Shown here in pieces: positions 9,844 through 17,648 of a DNA stretch of 64,000 nucleotides (its first letter is position 1; each line of letters begins with the position of its first letter). The notes under the pieces are model-generated. The model did not search any database, was not told the DNA's origin, and saw only the letters and a list, made by a program, of their open reading frames with translations. The stretch comes from an uncultured Lentisphaerota bacterium. GTDB lineage: Bacteria > Verrucomicrobiota > Kiritimatiellia > CAIQIC01. A program made the position numbers and the translations under genes. The stretch is taken from assembly GCA_903889245.1 (NCBI GenBank), contig CAISWQ010000100.1:37260-101259 (forward strand). Direction: 5' to 3'.

Positions 9844-11925
9844 TCAGCGGACGAGGGCGGCGATGACCTCCTCGAGCGGGGCGGGCTGCGCCGGACCGAG
9901 CAAGGTGGTGTGGGCGGAGCACAGGTTGAGCAGCGCGGGCAGGTCGCCGTACTTTTCGGCGCCGGGCATAAAGTTCACGTCCCAGACGCTGTCGAGTTTC
10001 GCGAAGCGGAAGCCGGCGTGGTCCACCACCAGTTCCTGCACCGCAGGCCCGGCGAGCGCGGCGGTGGCGGCGGCGAGGGCGCTCGCGCCCTCGACACCGG
10101 CGACCACGATCCGGCTGACCGGCTGTTGAGGATCACGCCGCAGCACCGCGCGCGCGGCGAGCGCATCGCCGACGCGCTCGGCGAACAGCGGCGGGTTGTA
10201 GCCATAGTGATAGCCGCAAAAACCCTCGTAACCCTGCTTGCGGCCGCCATAGACATTCGGATTGCGCGTCGCGCCCGGCAGATAAAGTTCCGGACACACG
10301 ATGGCGTAGCCGGCGTCGAGCAGGCGTCGCGCGACCGCGGTGGGCTCGTGGTTGGTGGTCAGGAGGCTCGCGCCGCCCTTGAGCGAGAGCCAGAGCAACG
10401 TGGCGCGGCCGCCCTGCGCGGGCGAGAGCAGCAGGGTGTCCACCGTGTTGCTGGCGTAGCGGACCGTGCCACGCAGCAGGCGGCAGCCATCGCGTTCCTC
10501 CGCGAAGGTGGTCTTGAACGTGACGGCGTCCGGCGTCGGCAACGCATAACCGATCATCAGGCTCCACGCCGTGCGCGCCACAGAACGCGCCGCCGCCGCG
10601 CGGCCCCCCACGCGGTCCCAACAGGAACGCAGCCAGCCGCGCGCGTCCTGCAAGGGCGCAAGCTGCCGCGCACCCTGCTGCTGGAACCACGCGACGACCG
10701 CGGCCTCGTGCGCCGCGCCGACGCGCTCGCCGGTAGGCGCGGGGTGCGCCGCGTCCCACACGCTCAATTCCTCCTTCGTCGCGAAAACAAAATCGCGCTC
10801 CGCAAGCTGCTCCTCGTTGAGACCGAGCGCGAAGTATTTGTTGAAGAACCGGTACATCTGCCCGCGCGAGACGGCGTTGTAGTTGTGCGGGAACCGGATG
10901 TTGAAGTGCGCCTCGACGCGGTCGGGCACGCCGAGCTGGGTGTAGAGCTGTTTCAATTCGGGAAAGCCCTTCGTCTCCAGCTCCTTCGTCCAGTCGTCGG
11001 CCGCGGTCAGGCCGAGCGGGCGCGGCGCGGTGGCCGCGGCGAGGTCTATGTTGCCCTGCGTAAGGCGCAGGTAGGGTGAGTTCTCGCAGACGCAGCCGCC
11101 CTGCATGGAGCGGCTGACCATGACGCAGGGGAACGCCGCGGTGATGCGGTCATCGAGCGCGCTGATGAGCATCGTCTGCGTACCGCCGCCGCTCGCGCCG
11201 GTGCAGCCGATGCGCTGCCGATCCACGAACGGCAGCGAGAGGAGAAAGTCCAGCGCGCGCACGCTGTTCCAGGTTTGCAGCGGCAGCTCGCCGCAGAGGT
11301 TCAGCTCCGCCGCCAGGCTCAAGAAGCCCTGCGCCTGCGAGCCGTGGCGGTGGCCCACCTTGCCCTTCTCGTCGAGGAACTGGACACTATCGGCGTAGCC
11401 GAGCATGTCGTAGAAGAAGACGGCGCAGCCCATCCGCGCGAGCTGGACGCAACGCGCCTGCAACGGCGAGCGCGCCGCGTTTTCGAGCCGCTCCGCGCCG
11501 CTGGCGATCTGCTTCTTCACCTCGGCCGCGCCGGCGTGCATGAAGCGGCCGTTCGGCCAGTGGCCATGCGGCGAGATGAGGCCGGGAATCTGGCCGGTGA
11601 TCTTTTTCGGCAGGTAGAGGTTGCCTGTGACGAAATTTCCCGGCAGCGACTCGAAGAAAACTTTTTCGATCGTGTAGTCGTCGCGCTCAATACGGCTGTG
11701 GATCACCGCGTTCAGCGGCGTGCGTTCCGGCAGCGGCAGCAGGCCCGCCGCGAGTTGGATGCGGTTGCGGATATCCGCGCGGCGCGCCGGCCACGCCGTC
11801 GCATCCGCCACCGGCGTGAAGGGAAAGTCGCTCTTGTTCAGGTCGCGCAGCGGCCGCGTCGGTTGCGGCTCCTCCGCGCCGGCGACCAGCAGCGTGAGCC
11901 ACAGACCAAGCATGAAAGATTTCAT
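9844..11925 (-). CDS. Secreted two-domain alpha/beta hydrolase, acetyl-xylan-esterase (AXE1)-like; paralog of 20026..22140
   Basis: Signal peptide MKSFMLGLWLTLLVAGA; ERDDYTIEKVFFES...NLYLP and GCTGASGGG serine motif; second hydrolase-like domain in the C-terminal half. Confidence 0.7.
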   Translation of the reverse strand: MKSFMLGLWLTLLVAGAEEPQPTRPLRDLNKSDFPFTPVADATAWPARRADIRNRIQLAAGLLPLPERTPLNAVIHSRIERDDYTIEKVFFESLPGNFVTGNLYLPKKITGQIPGLISPHGHWPNGRFMHAGAAEVKKQIASGAERLENAARSPLQARCVQLARMGCAVFFYDMLGYADSVQFLDEKGKVGHRHGSQAQGFLSLAAELNLCGELPLQTWNSVRALDFLLSLPFVDRQRIGCTGASGGGTQTMLISALDDRITAAFPCVMVSRSMQGGCVCENSPYLRLTQGNIDLAAATAPRPLGLTAADDWTKELETKGFPELKQLYTQLGVPDRVEAHFNIRFPHNYNAVSRGQMYRFFNKYFALGLNEEQLAERDFVFATKEELSVWDAAHPAPTGERVGAAHEAAVVAWFQQQGARQLAPLQDARGWLRSCWDRVGGRAAAARSVARTAWSLMIGYALPTPDAVTFKTTFAEERDGCRLLRGTVRYASNTVDTLLLSPAQGGRATLLWLSLKGGASLLTTNHEPTAVARRLLDAGYAIVCPELYLPGATRNPNVYGGRKQGYEGFCGYHYGYNPPLFAERVGDALAARAVLRRDPQQPVSRIVVAGVEGASALAAATAALAGPAVQELVVDHAGFRFAKLDSVWDVNFMPGAEKYGDLPALLNLCSAHTTLLGPAQPAPLEEVIAALVR

Positions 11926-11946
11926 CAGAGAGTCTCCCGGGCGGCT

Positions 11947-13143
11947 TTAAGGTGGATTGATTTGCGGTTTTGGTTTTGCCGCTGCCGCATCGTCGAAGTC
12001 CTCCTTCGAGAGGAAGCCATCGCGGTTGCGGTCGAGCCGGTCGAACAGCGGCGGCGGGCCGCGGAATTTGTCGCGCGGCACGCGGCCGGCGGCGGCGACG
12101 CCCTCGCGCCGGCTCACTTCCTCCCACGTCAGGCCGGGGCGGCCGGCGGGCGCGGTGGCACCGGCTTTTCCTTTGGGCGCCGGCCCGGCCGACGAGGCTT
12201 CGCTGGCGGAGGTCTGCGCCGCGCCGCGGTTGGCGGGCAGCGGTTTGGCCTTCAACTTTTTCTCGAAGAAGTCGCTGACCATCGGTTCGATCTCCGGCCC
12301 GCCGAAACCCTGCCCGTGGCCCGCGCCCTTGATCGTGTGGAAGTGGACGCTGACGCCCGCCTGTTTCAGCGCCTCGAACAGGAGCTGGCTCTGGTTGATT
12401 GGCACGGTGCCATCCTTGTCACCATGCACGATCAGGAACGGCGGGTCATCGGCGCCGACGTAGGTGATGGGATTGGCGCGCGCGGCCTTGGCCTTGTTCT
12501 CCGCCACCGCGCCGCCGAGCAGCTTGCCTTCCGGCGACTCCGCGCCCGCGTGCCGCTCGTAGCCCGGCGTGGTGACGAACACGGTGAAATCCGTCGGGCC
12601 GTAGTAATCGCAGACCGCCTGCACACGGCTCGAGACGCCGGTGTGCGCGCCCCCCTCGAACTCCTGCACGTCGCCGCTGGTGCCGACCAGCGCGACGAGA
12701 TGGCCGCCCGCCGAGCTGCCCCATACGCCGAAGCGCTGCGGATCGAGGTTGAATTCCTTCGCGTGCGCGCGCAGCCAGCGGATTGCCGCCTGGCAATCCT
12801 CGATCTGCGCCGGGAAAACTGCGTGGCCGCTCAAGCGATAGTTGAGGCTCGCGACCGCGTAACCGCGGGCGGCGTAACCATTGCGCAGCGGCGGGCAGCC
12901 TTCCTTGCTGCCGTTTTGCCAGCCGCCGCCGTGAATCCAGATGAGCAGCGGCAGCGGGCCCGCCGCCTGCTCCGGCACGAACAGGTCGAGCTTCTGCCGC
13001 TCGTGTCCGCCCGCGACATAGGCGAGGTCGCGGTGCGCCTTCACACCGTCGGGAACGGCGGCCATGTTGCGGTTCGTCCGCTGTTGTGCGGCGGCCTCGC
13101 AGGCCAGGACCAAGAGCAGTGAGCAGAGTACCAGAGGCTTCAT
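11947..13143 (-). CDS. Secreted esterase/lipase (alpha/beta hydrolase, BD-FAE-like) with C-terminal EF-hand-like Ca-binding loop; paralog of 55775..56821
   Basis: Signal peptide; IWIHGGGWQNGSK; GVWGSSAGGHL nucleophile elbow; C-terminal DRNRDGFLSKEDFDD matches the EF-hand loop pattern D-x-N-x-D-G-x-L-x3-E/D. Confidence 0.8.
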   Translation of the reverse strand: MKPLVLCSLLLVLACEAAAQQRTNRNMAAVPDGVKAHRDLAYVAGGHERQKLDLFVPEQAAGPLPLLIWIHGGGWQNGSKEGCPPLRNGYAARGYAVASLNYRLSGHAVFPAQIEDCQAAIRWLRAHAKEFNLDPQRFGVWGSSAGGHLVALVGTSGDVQEFEGGAHTGVSSRVQAVCDYYGPTDFTVFVTTPGYERHAGAESPEGKLLGGAVAENKAKAARANPITYVGADDPPFLIVHGDKDGTVPINQSQLLFEALKQAGVSVHFHTIKGAGHGQGFGGPEIEPMVSDFFEKKLKAKPLPANRGAAQTSASEASSAGPAPKGKAGATAPAGRPGLTWEEVSRREGVAAAGRVPRDKFRGPPPLFDRLDRNRDGFLSKEDFDDAAAAKPKPQINPP

Positions 13144-13348
13144 GGTCTCTCCCGGGGTGAAACGGACGCTGGATGGGCCGCCATCTCCGCGCTGACAATC
13201 CTCGTCACGGCGCGGAACCTAACACAGCCCGCCCGCCCCATGCAAACCGGCGGCAGCGTTGCGCGCCGCCCGAAGGTTCAGGGAAATTTTCCCGCCACCG
13301 CCGTTTTTCGGGTTGCCCCCGCGCCGCGCCTGCCGCCATCATCCGCCG

Positions 13349-13903
13349 ATGCCGTTGCACGTCCAGCCGCCGGTCAACGACGAGGATTTTGCGTTGATGG
13401 CCCGCCTCCGCGCCGGCGACACCGCCGCCTTCGCCGCGCTCATCCGCCGCCACCAGGTGGCGCTGGTGAACTTTTTCCGGCGTATGGGCGCTAGTAACGA
13501 GGCGGAAGACGTGGCGCAGGAGACGTTCCTGCGCGTGTGGCGCTACCGCCAGCGCTACCGGCCGACGGCGAAGTTCACGACCTTCCTCTTCACGCTGGCG
13601 CGGCACGCGTGGGCCGACCACCTGCGCCGCGCGCACAAGCAGGAACGGGTCGCCGAGCGGGTCGGGGCCGAGGCCGCGCCGCACGACGCGACCGCGCAGG
13701 ATGCGGCGCGGCGGCGGCTCGATGCGCAGGTCGCGCTGGCGGCGCTGCCGGAAAAATTGCGGCTGGTGGTGGTGATGAGCCTCTACCAAGGTCTGAAATA
13801 TGAAGAGATCGCCACAGCGCTGGGCATCCCGGTGGGCACGGTCAAGTCGCGGATGTTCCTGGCGATGGCGCGACTGAAGGAAGTGTTCCAAGCGGCGGAG
13901 TGA
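13349..13903 (+). CDS. ECF (sigma-70 family, group IV) RNA polymerase sigma factor
   Basis: Region 2 (FLRVWRYRQRY) and region 4 (YEEIATALGIPVGTVKSRM); start at MPLHVQ within track ORF 13259..13903. Confidence 0.85.
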   Translation: MPLHVQPPVNDEDFALMARLRAGDTAAFAALIRRHQVALVNFFRRMGASNEAEDVAQETFLRVWRYRQRYRPTAKFTTFLFTLARHAWADHLRRAHKQERVAERVGAEAAPHDATAQDAARRRLDAQVALAALPEKLRLVVVMSLYQGLKYEEIATALGIPVGTVKSRMFLAMARLKEVFQAAE

Positions 13904-13904
13904 T

Positions 13905-14095
13905 ATGAAGCCAAGCGGGAGTGTTGGAGTGAAGAAGAACTGGAATGATGGAGTGGTGGAGTACTGGAGTGATGGAGTGATGGAACGGATGACCCTGTCC
14001 TTGGGCAGGTTGGAATCCACGCATATCATCCGGATAGGTTTCTGGCGCTCTATCGAAAACTCCTGTACTCCATCACTCCCTTCCGTCTTTTCGTC
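13905..14095. repeat. GGAGTG-rich degenerate tandem repeats forming a long imperfect inverted repeat in the sigma/anti-sigma spacer
   Basis: ggagtgttggagtg...ggagtggtggagtactggagtgatggagtgatgg, then ~80 nt later the complement cctgtactccatcactccc; lower GC than surroundings. Confidence 0.6.
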
Positions 14096-14112
14096 TCTTC
14101 CGGGATTGCGTT

Positions 14113-15450
14113 ATGAAAACCGACACTGATGCGTCTGCGGTCTGTGCCTGGTCACAGGAGTTGCCCGCGCTTTTGCTCGGCGAACTCGACGCCGCGCGCG
14201 CGGCCGAGGTCGAGCGGCACAGCGCCGGCTGCGCCCGCTGTACGGCGCAGCGCGAAGACTTGGGCTGTTTGCTGTTCCGCCTGCGCGCGCCGCTGCCCGC
14301 GCAACCGGTCCGCGACCTCGCGCCGGAAATCCTCGCGCGCCTGCCGGATGCGGAAGCAGGCTGGCATCGCCGCACATTCTGGTTCCGCGCCGCTGCGCTG
14401 CTGTTGGCTACGGCCGGCCTCGGCGCCGCGCTGCTGTGGCATCAGCTACGCCAATCCGCCTTTGATCTGGCCGCCACAGTTCCGCCTGCTGTCATCAACC
14501 ATGAACCGTCCACCCTTGCTTCTGTTCCCATGGATCGCACGGCCGCCGTCGCCAACGCGCTCGCGTGGCTGGAGCGGACGCAGGAAGCCGACGGTCACTG
14601 GGACACCGCGCGCTGGGGTGCGCAGCGGATGTATTCGGTCGGCCTGACCTCGCTCGCCCTGCTCGCGCTTTCCGCCGAGGGCCCCGCTGTTTCGCCGCCA
14701 CAACGCTCGGCGATTGCGCGCGGTGTGGACTGGCTCCTTGCGCAGCAGGACGCGCGCGGGCAGCTTGGCCCGGATGGTTCCGCCGCGATGTATAACCACA
14801 GCCTGGCGACGCTCGCGTTGCTCGAAGGCGGCGCGCTGACGACCAGCGCCGCGCACCGCGCCGCCTGCCGGCGCGCCCTCGCGCACATCACCGGCGCGCA
14901 GCGCGCGTCCGGCGGCTGGGGCTATTCGCGCGGTGCGGCCGACAACGTCAACACCTCGATCACCGTCTGGCAGTTGCAGGCGCTGCTGCGCGCCGAGGCG
15001 CTCGGCTTCGCGGAGGTGCGTCCGTACCTCACACGCGGCCTCGCTTGGCTCGGCGACCGCATCGGCGCCGAGGGCCGCGTAGGCTACCGCCGCGCCGATG
15101 ATTTCCCAAACGGCGCCGAGACGCTGACCGCCGCGGGCGCGCTGTGCTTGCTGCGCTCAACGGACGGCGCACATGATCCGCGCGTCGCGCGGATGCTGGC
15201 GTGGGTGCGCGGCACGGCGGAGCAGCCGGCGACGGCGGATTACTATCGCTGCTACTTCGTCAGCGCCGCGCTCGCCTCCGCCGCGGGCGCGGCCGACCCC
15301 GCGCTCGAAAAAATGCGCGGCGCGGTGCTCGCGCGGCAGATGCGCGACGGCGCCGAGGCCGGGAGCTGGACGCCCGGCGACCGCTGGGGCCGCGCCGGCG
15401 GCCGCATCTACGCCACCGCCATGGCCGTCCTCGCCCTTCAGTCCGGCTGA
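14113..15450 (+). CDS. Anti-sigma factor (zinc-finger type) with periplasmic prenyltransferase/squalene-cyclase-like repeat domain
   Basis: N-terminal H-x3-C-x2-C (HSAGCARC), one TM segment, C-terminal Q-x2-DG-W/GGWG repeats (QEADGHW, QRASGGWGY, DGAEAGSW); located immediately after the ECF sigma gene. Confidence 0.75.
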   Translation: MKTDTDASAVCAWSQELPALLLGELDAARAAEVERHSAGCARCTAQREDLGCLLFRLRAPLPAQPVRDLAPEILARLPDAEAGWHRRTFWFRAAALLLATAGLGAALLWHQLRQSAFDLAATVPPAVINHEPSTLASVPMDRTAAVANALAWLERTQEADGHWDTARWGAQRMYSVGLTSLALLALSAEGPAVSPPQRSAIARGVDWLLAQQDARGQLGPDGSAAMYNHSLATLALLEGGALTTSAAHRAACRRALAHITGAQRASGGWGYSRGAADNVNTSITVWQLQALLRAEALGFAEVRPYLTRGLAWLGDRIGAEGRVGYRRADDFPNGAETLTAAGALCLLRSTDGAHDPRVARMLAWVRGTAEQPATADYYRCYFVSAALASAAGAADPALEKMRGAVLARQMRDGAEAGSWTPGDRWGRAGGRIYATAMAVLALQSG

Positions 15451-15674
15451 CGCCGCGTTTTGATGAGCACGCCAAAAGGCGCCTGTCAGTGCTTTCCGTT
15501 CTCACAAACAAATCATGCAGATTCGCAGCAGGCCGGGGACGATGAAGGCCGGCTCCCATGTTTTGCAACCCGTCATGTAGTGACATCCGCCCACACCGCA
15601 GCGCAACGATGCAGCCGCAGGACAACCGGCACCGGTTGGACGAGGCCCAATCCACGTTTTGCTCTACGGCACGC

Positions 15675-15895
15675 CCTCCATGCTCGGCGCAGTATCAAGC
15701 CCCGAAAACCGCCATGATACCTAGAACTACTAGGTATCGTCCTCTTTCTGAAACAGCGAGAAGCTGGTGAGCTTCAATGGTGCGGACCTCCATGCTTGGC
15801 GCAATATCAAGCCCCGAGAACCGCCACGATACCTAGAACTACTAGGTATCATCCTCATTTTTGAGCAGCGAGAGGCTGGTGAGCTTTAACGGTGC
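15675..15895. repeat. Tandem direct repeat (2 x ~112 bp), each unit containing a perfect 9-bp-arm inverted repeat GATACCTAG-aacta-CTAGGTATC and a 14-codon mini-ORF
   Basis: Units starting cctccatgctcggcgcagtatcaagccccgaaaaccgccatgatacctagaactactaggtatc... and cctccatgcttggcgcaatatcaagccccgagaaccgccacgatacctagaactactaggtatc...; lower GC; intergenic between the anti-sigma gene and the membrane-protein gene. Confidence 0.8.
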
Positions 15896-16032
15896 CCACG
15901 GCACGCGATGCGCGCGAAAAGAAGCCGGTCGGCTCCGCAGGCGTGTGTTTTTCCCGGTTGGTTTTCAGTTGTCCGTAAAACCGCGGGGCCAGTGCTCTTG
16001 CGCGCTGGTGGCGCTTCCGTTACCGTCCGCGC

Positions 16033-16662
16033 ATGTCTGTCGTGTCCACCTCTGGTGCGTCGCCCCAGCCGCGGCGCCGGCTGCCCGCGTGGCTGAAATG
16101 GCTGTGTACCCTCTGCGCCATCCTCTGGCTGCCGGTCATGCTGCGGTACTATGGCGCGCAAAATCAGCTCTGGCTCTGCGAGCTGGACAACCTGTTGCTG
16201 GTGGTGGCGCTCTGGCTGGAAAGCCGGCTGCTGTTCTCCGCCCTGCTCGTCGGCTTGCTGTTGGTGGATCTGGGCTGGATGGTGGACCTGCTCGTCGCGC
16301 TGCTGACCGGGCTGCATCCCTTCGCGGCCACCGCCACGATGTTCACGGCCGCGCTGCCCCTGCCGGTGCGGTTGGGCTCGCTGTTTCACCTGACGGTCCC
16401 CGTCATCGTGCTCTACGCCGTCCTCCGTCTGGGCTATGACCGCCGCGGCTTCTGGTGGCAAACCGGCTTCACCGCGCTCGCGCTGCTGGCCGCGTATCTG
16501 CTGACCCCGCCGGCGGCCAACGTGAACTGGGTCTGGGGCCCGGGCGGTTGTGCGCCGCAACCGTGGCTGCCCGCGCCGCTCTATCTGCTTATCTGCGCAG
16601 TAGCCTACCCGCTGCTCCTCTATCTGCCCGTGCATCTCGCCGCCCGCCGCTGGCTGCGATGA
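16033..16662 (+). CDS. Hypothetical integral membrane protein (5-6 TM)
   Basis: Hydrophobic helices throughout, W/L-rich; no recognisable motif. Confidence 0.5.
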   Translation: MSVVSTSGASPQPRRRLPAWLKWLCTLCAILWLPVMLRYYGAQNQLWLCELDNLLLVVALWLESRLLFSALLVGLLLVDLGWMVDLLVALLTGLHPFAATATMFTAALPLPVRLGSLFHLTVPVIVLYAVLRLGYDRRGFWWQTGFTALALLAAYLLTPPAANVNWVWGPGGCAPQPWLPAPLYLLICAVAYPLLLYLPVHLAARRWLR

Positions 16663-16679
16663 GGCCGGCCCCGCCGCGG

Positions 16680-16795
16680 CGTTCCAAGCCTTGGGAAAAT
16701 GCAAGAGGTTTTTTCCGAGCCTTGGAAAAAACGGCGTGATTTTTTCCAAGGCCCGGAAAAACCGCTGGGTCCCTTTTCCAATGTTAGGAAAAGTC
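16680..16795. repeat. Palindromic repeat cluster 4 (4 copies, ~31-bp phasing)
   Basis: gttccaagccttgggaaaa / ttttttccgagccttggaaaaaa / ttttttccaaggcccggaaaaa / ttttccaatgttaggaaaag, between convergent genes. Confidence 0.8.
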
Positions 16796-17582
16796 AGTCG
16801 GGATTCCACGTGGCGGCGGCGAGCAGGATGCCGCCGATGTAGCGGCCGTGGTTGCGGCCGGTGGCGTCAGCGGCGACGCTGCCGCTGGTCTCGTCGAGCT
16901 TCCAATAACCGACGAGGTCGGGCTCGGCGAGAATCAGCGCGTCGTAGGCGGTGCTGCCGCGCGCCTGATAGTGGTCGCGGATGGCGTTGGCGGAGAGCGC
17001 CGCGCCGTAGATGGCGACGCGGCTGATCGCGCCGTTGAAGAAACTTTGCAGGTCGCGCGTGGCGAGGCGCACCGGCGCGCTGCCGTGCTGTGGCACGATG
17101 CCGTAGCCGGAGAGCGGGTCGCTGTCGCGCTGGTCGCCGTCACGGAAGATCGAGGTGCTGATGGCATCAATACGCCCGACGACATGGAGCCAGAGGCCCT
17201 CGGCGAGCGGGTCCTGGAAGTAACTGCCTGCGCCCTGGCCGCCGGACGGGTTGAAGGCGTAGAAACTGATGCGGTTGGCGCGGCCCTCGCTGTTGCCCGC
17301 CTGGTACATGCGCGCGACCCACTCGTGCCGCTGCGGCTCGCCCTTGCCGAGCCAGTGGACGTAGCCGCTGCCCTCGACGTTCGGCATCGCGAGCGAGTCG
17401 GGCCGCAGCCACGCCTCGACCGTCAGGCCGCCGTTGGTCGGCTGTGAATAGTCAGGGCTATCGGGGATTTCGACATAGCCGTCGTAGCCATCGAAAACAG
17501 GAGCTGCAAAGTTGGCTGCGGCCACCGGCACGGGATCGTCCGCGGGCGGATCGGAGAACAGGAAGTCCAGGTCAGGATTCAT
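16794..17582 (-). CDS. LamG / concanavalin-A-like lectin-glucanase domain protein
   Basis: Jelly-roll LamG-like sequence (GLTVEAWLRP...FDGAISRVAIYGAALSANAI); start at MNPDLDF within track ORF 16794..17612; no signal peptide seen; directly downstream of the rSAM fusion gene on the same strand. Confidence 0.65.
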   Translation of the reverse strand: MNPDLDFLFSDPPADDPVPVAAANFAAPVFDGYDGYVEIPDSPDYSQPTNGGLTVEAWLRPDSLAMPNVEGSGYVHWLGKGEPQRHEWVARMYQAGNSEGRANRISFYAFNPSGGQGAGSYFQDPLAEGLWLHVVGRIDAISTSIFRDGDQRDSDPLSGYGIVPQHGSAPVRLATRDLQSFFNGAISRVAIYGAALSANAIRDHYQARGSTAYDALILAEPDLVGYWKLDETSGSVAADATGRNHGRYIGGILLAAATWNPD

Positions 17583-17648
17583 GGTGGTTTGATAGCAGAA
17601 ACCCGGAGCCAAGGCAATCGGGCCGAGCCATTGTACGTAGAGACAACA

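Noticed and set aside
11275-13122. 615-aa plus-strand ORF (and similar 9910..11079, 6048..7202, 63152..63868, 61834..62775)
   Set aside because: All lie antisense to motif-supported genes and have Arg/Ala/Gly-rich, low-complexity translations; treated as GC-driven spurious ORFs.
13173-13397. Small-base-count discrepancies between my reading of the printed sequence and the ORF track around 13.2-13.3 kb
   Set aside because: Most likely my own misreading of repetitive GC-rich text; the track translations are self-consistent, so track coordinates were used. Not treated as a frameshift or pseudogene.
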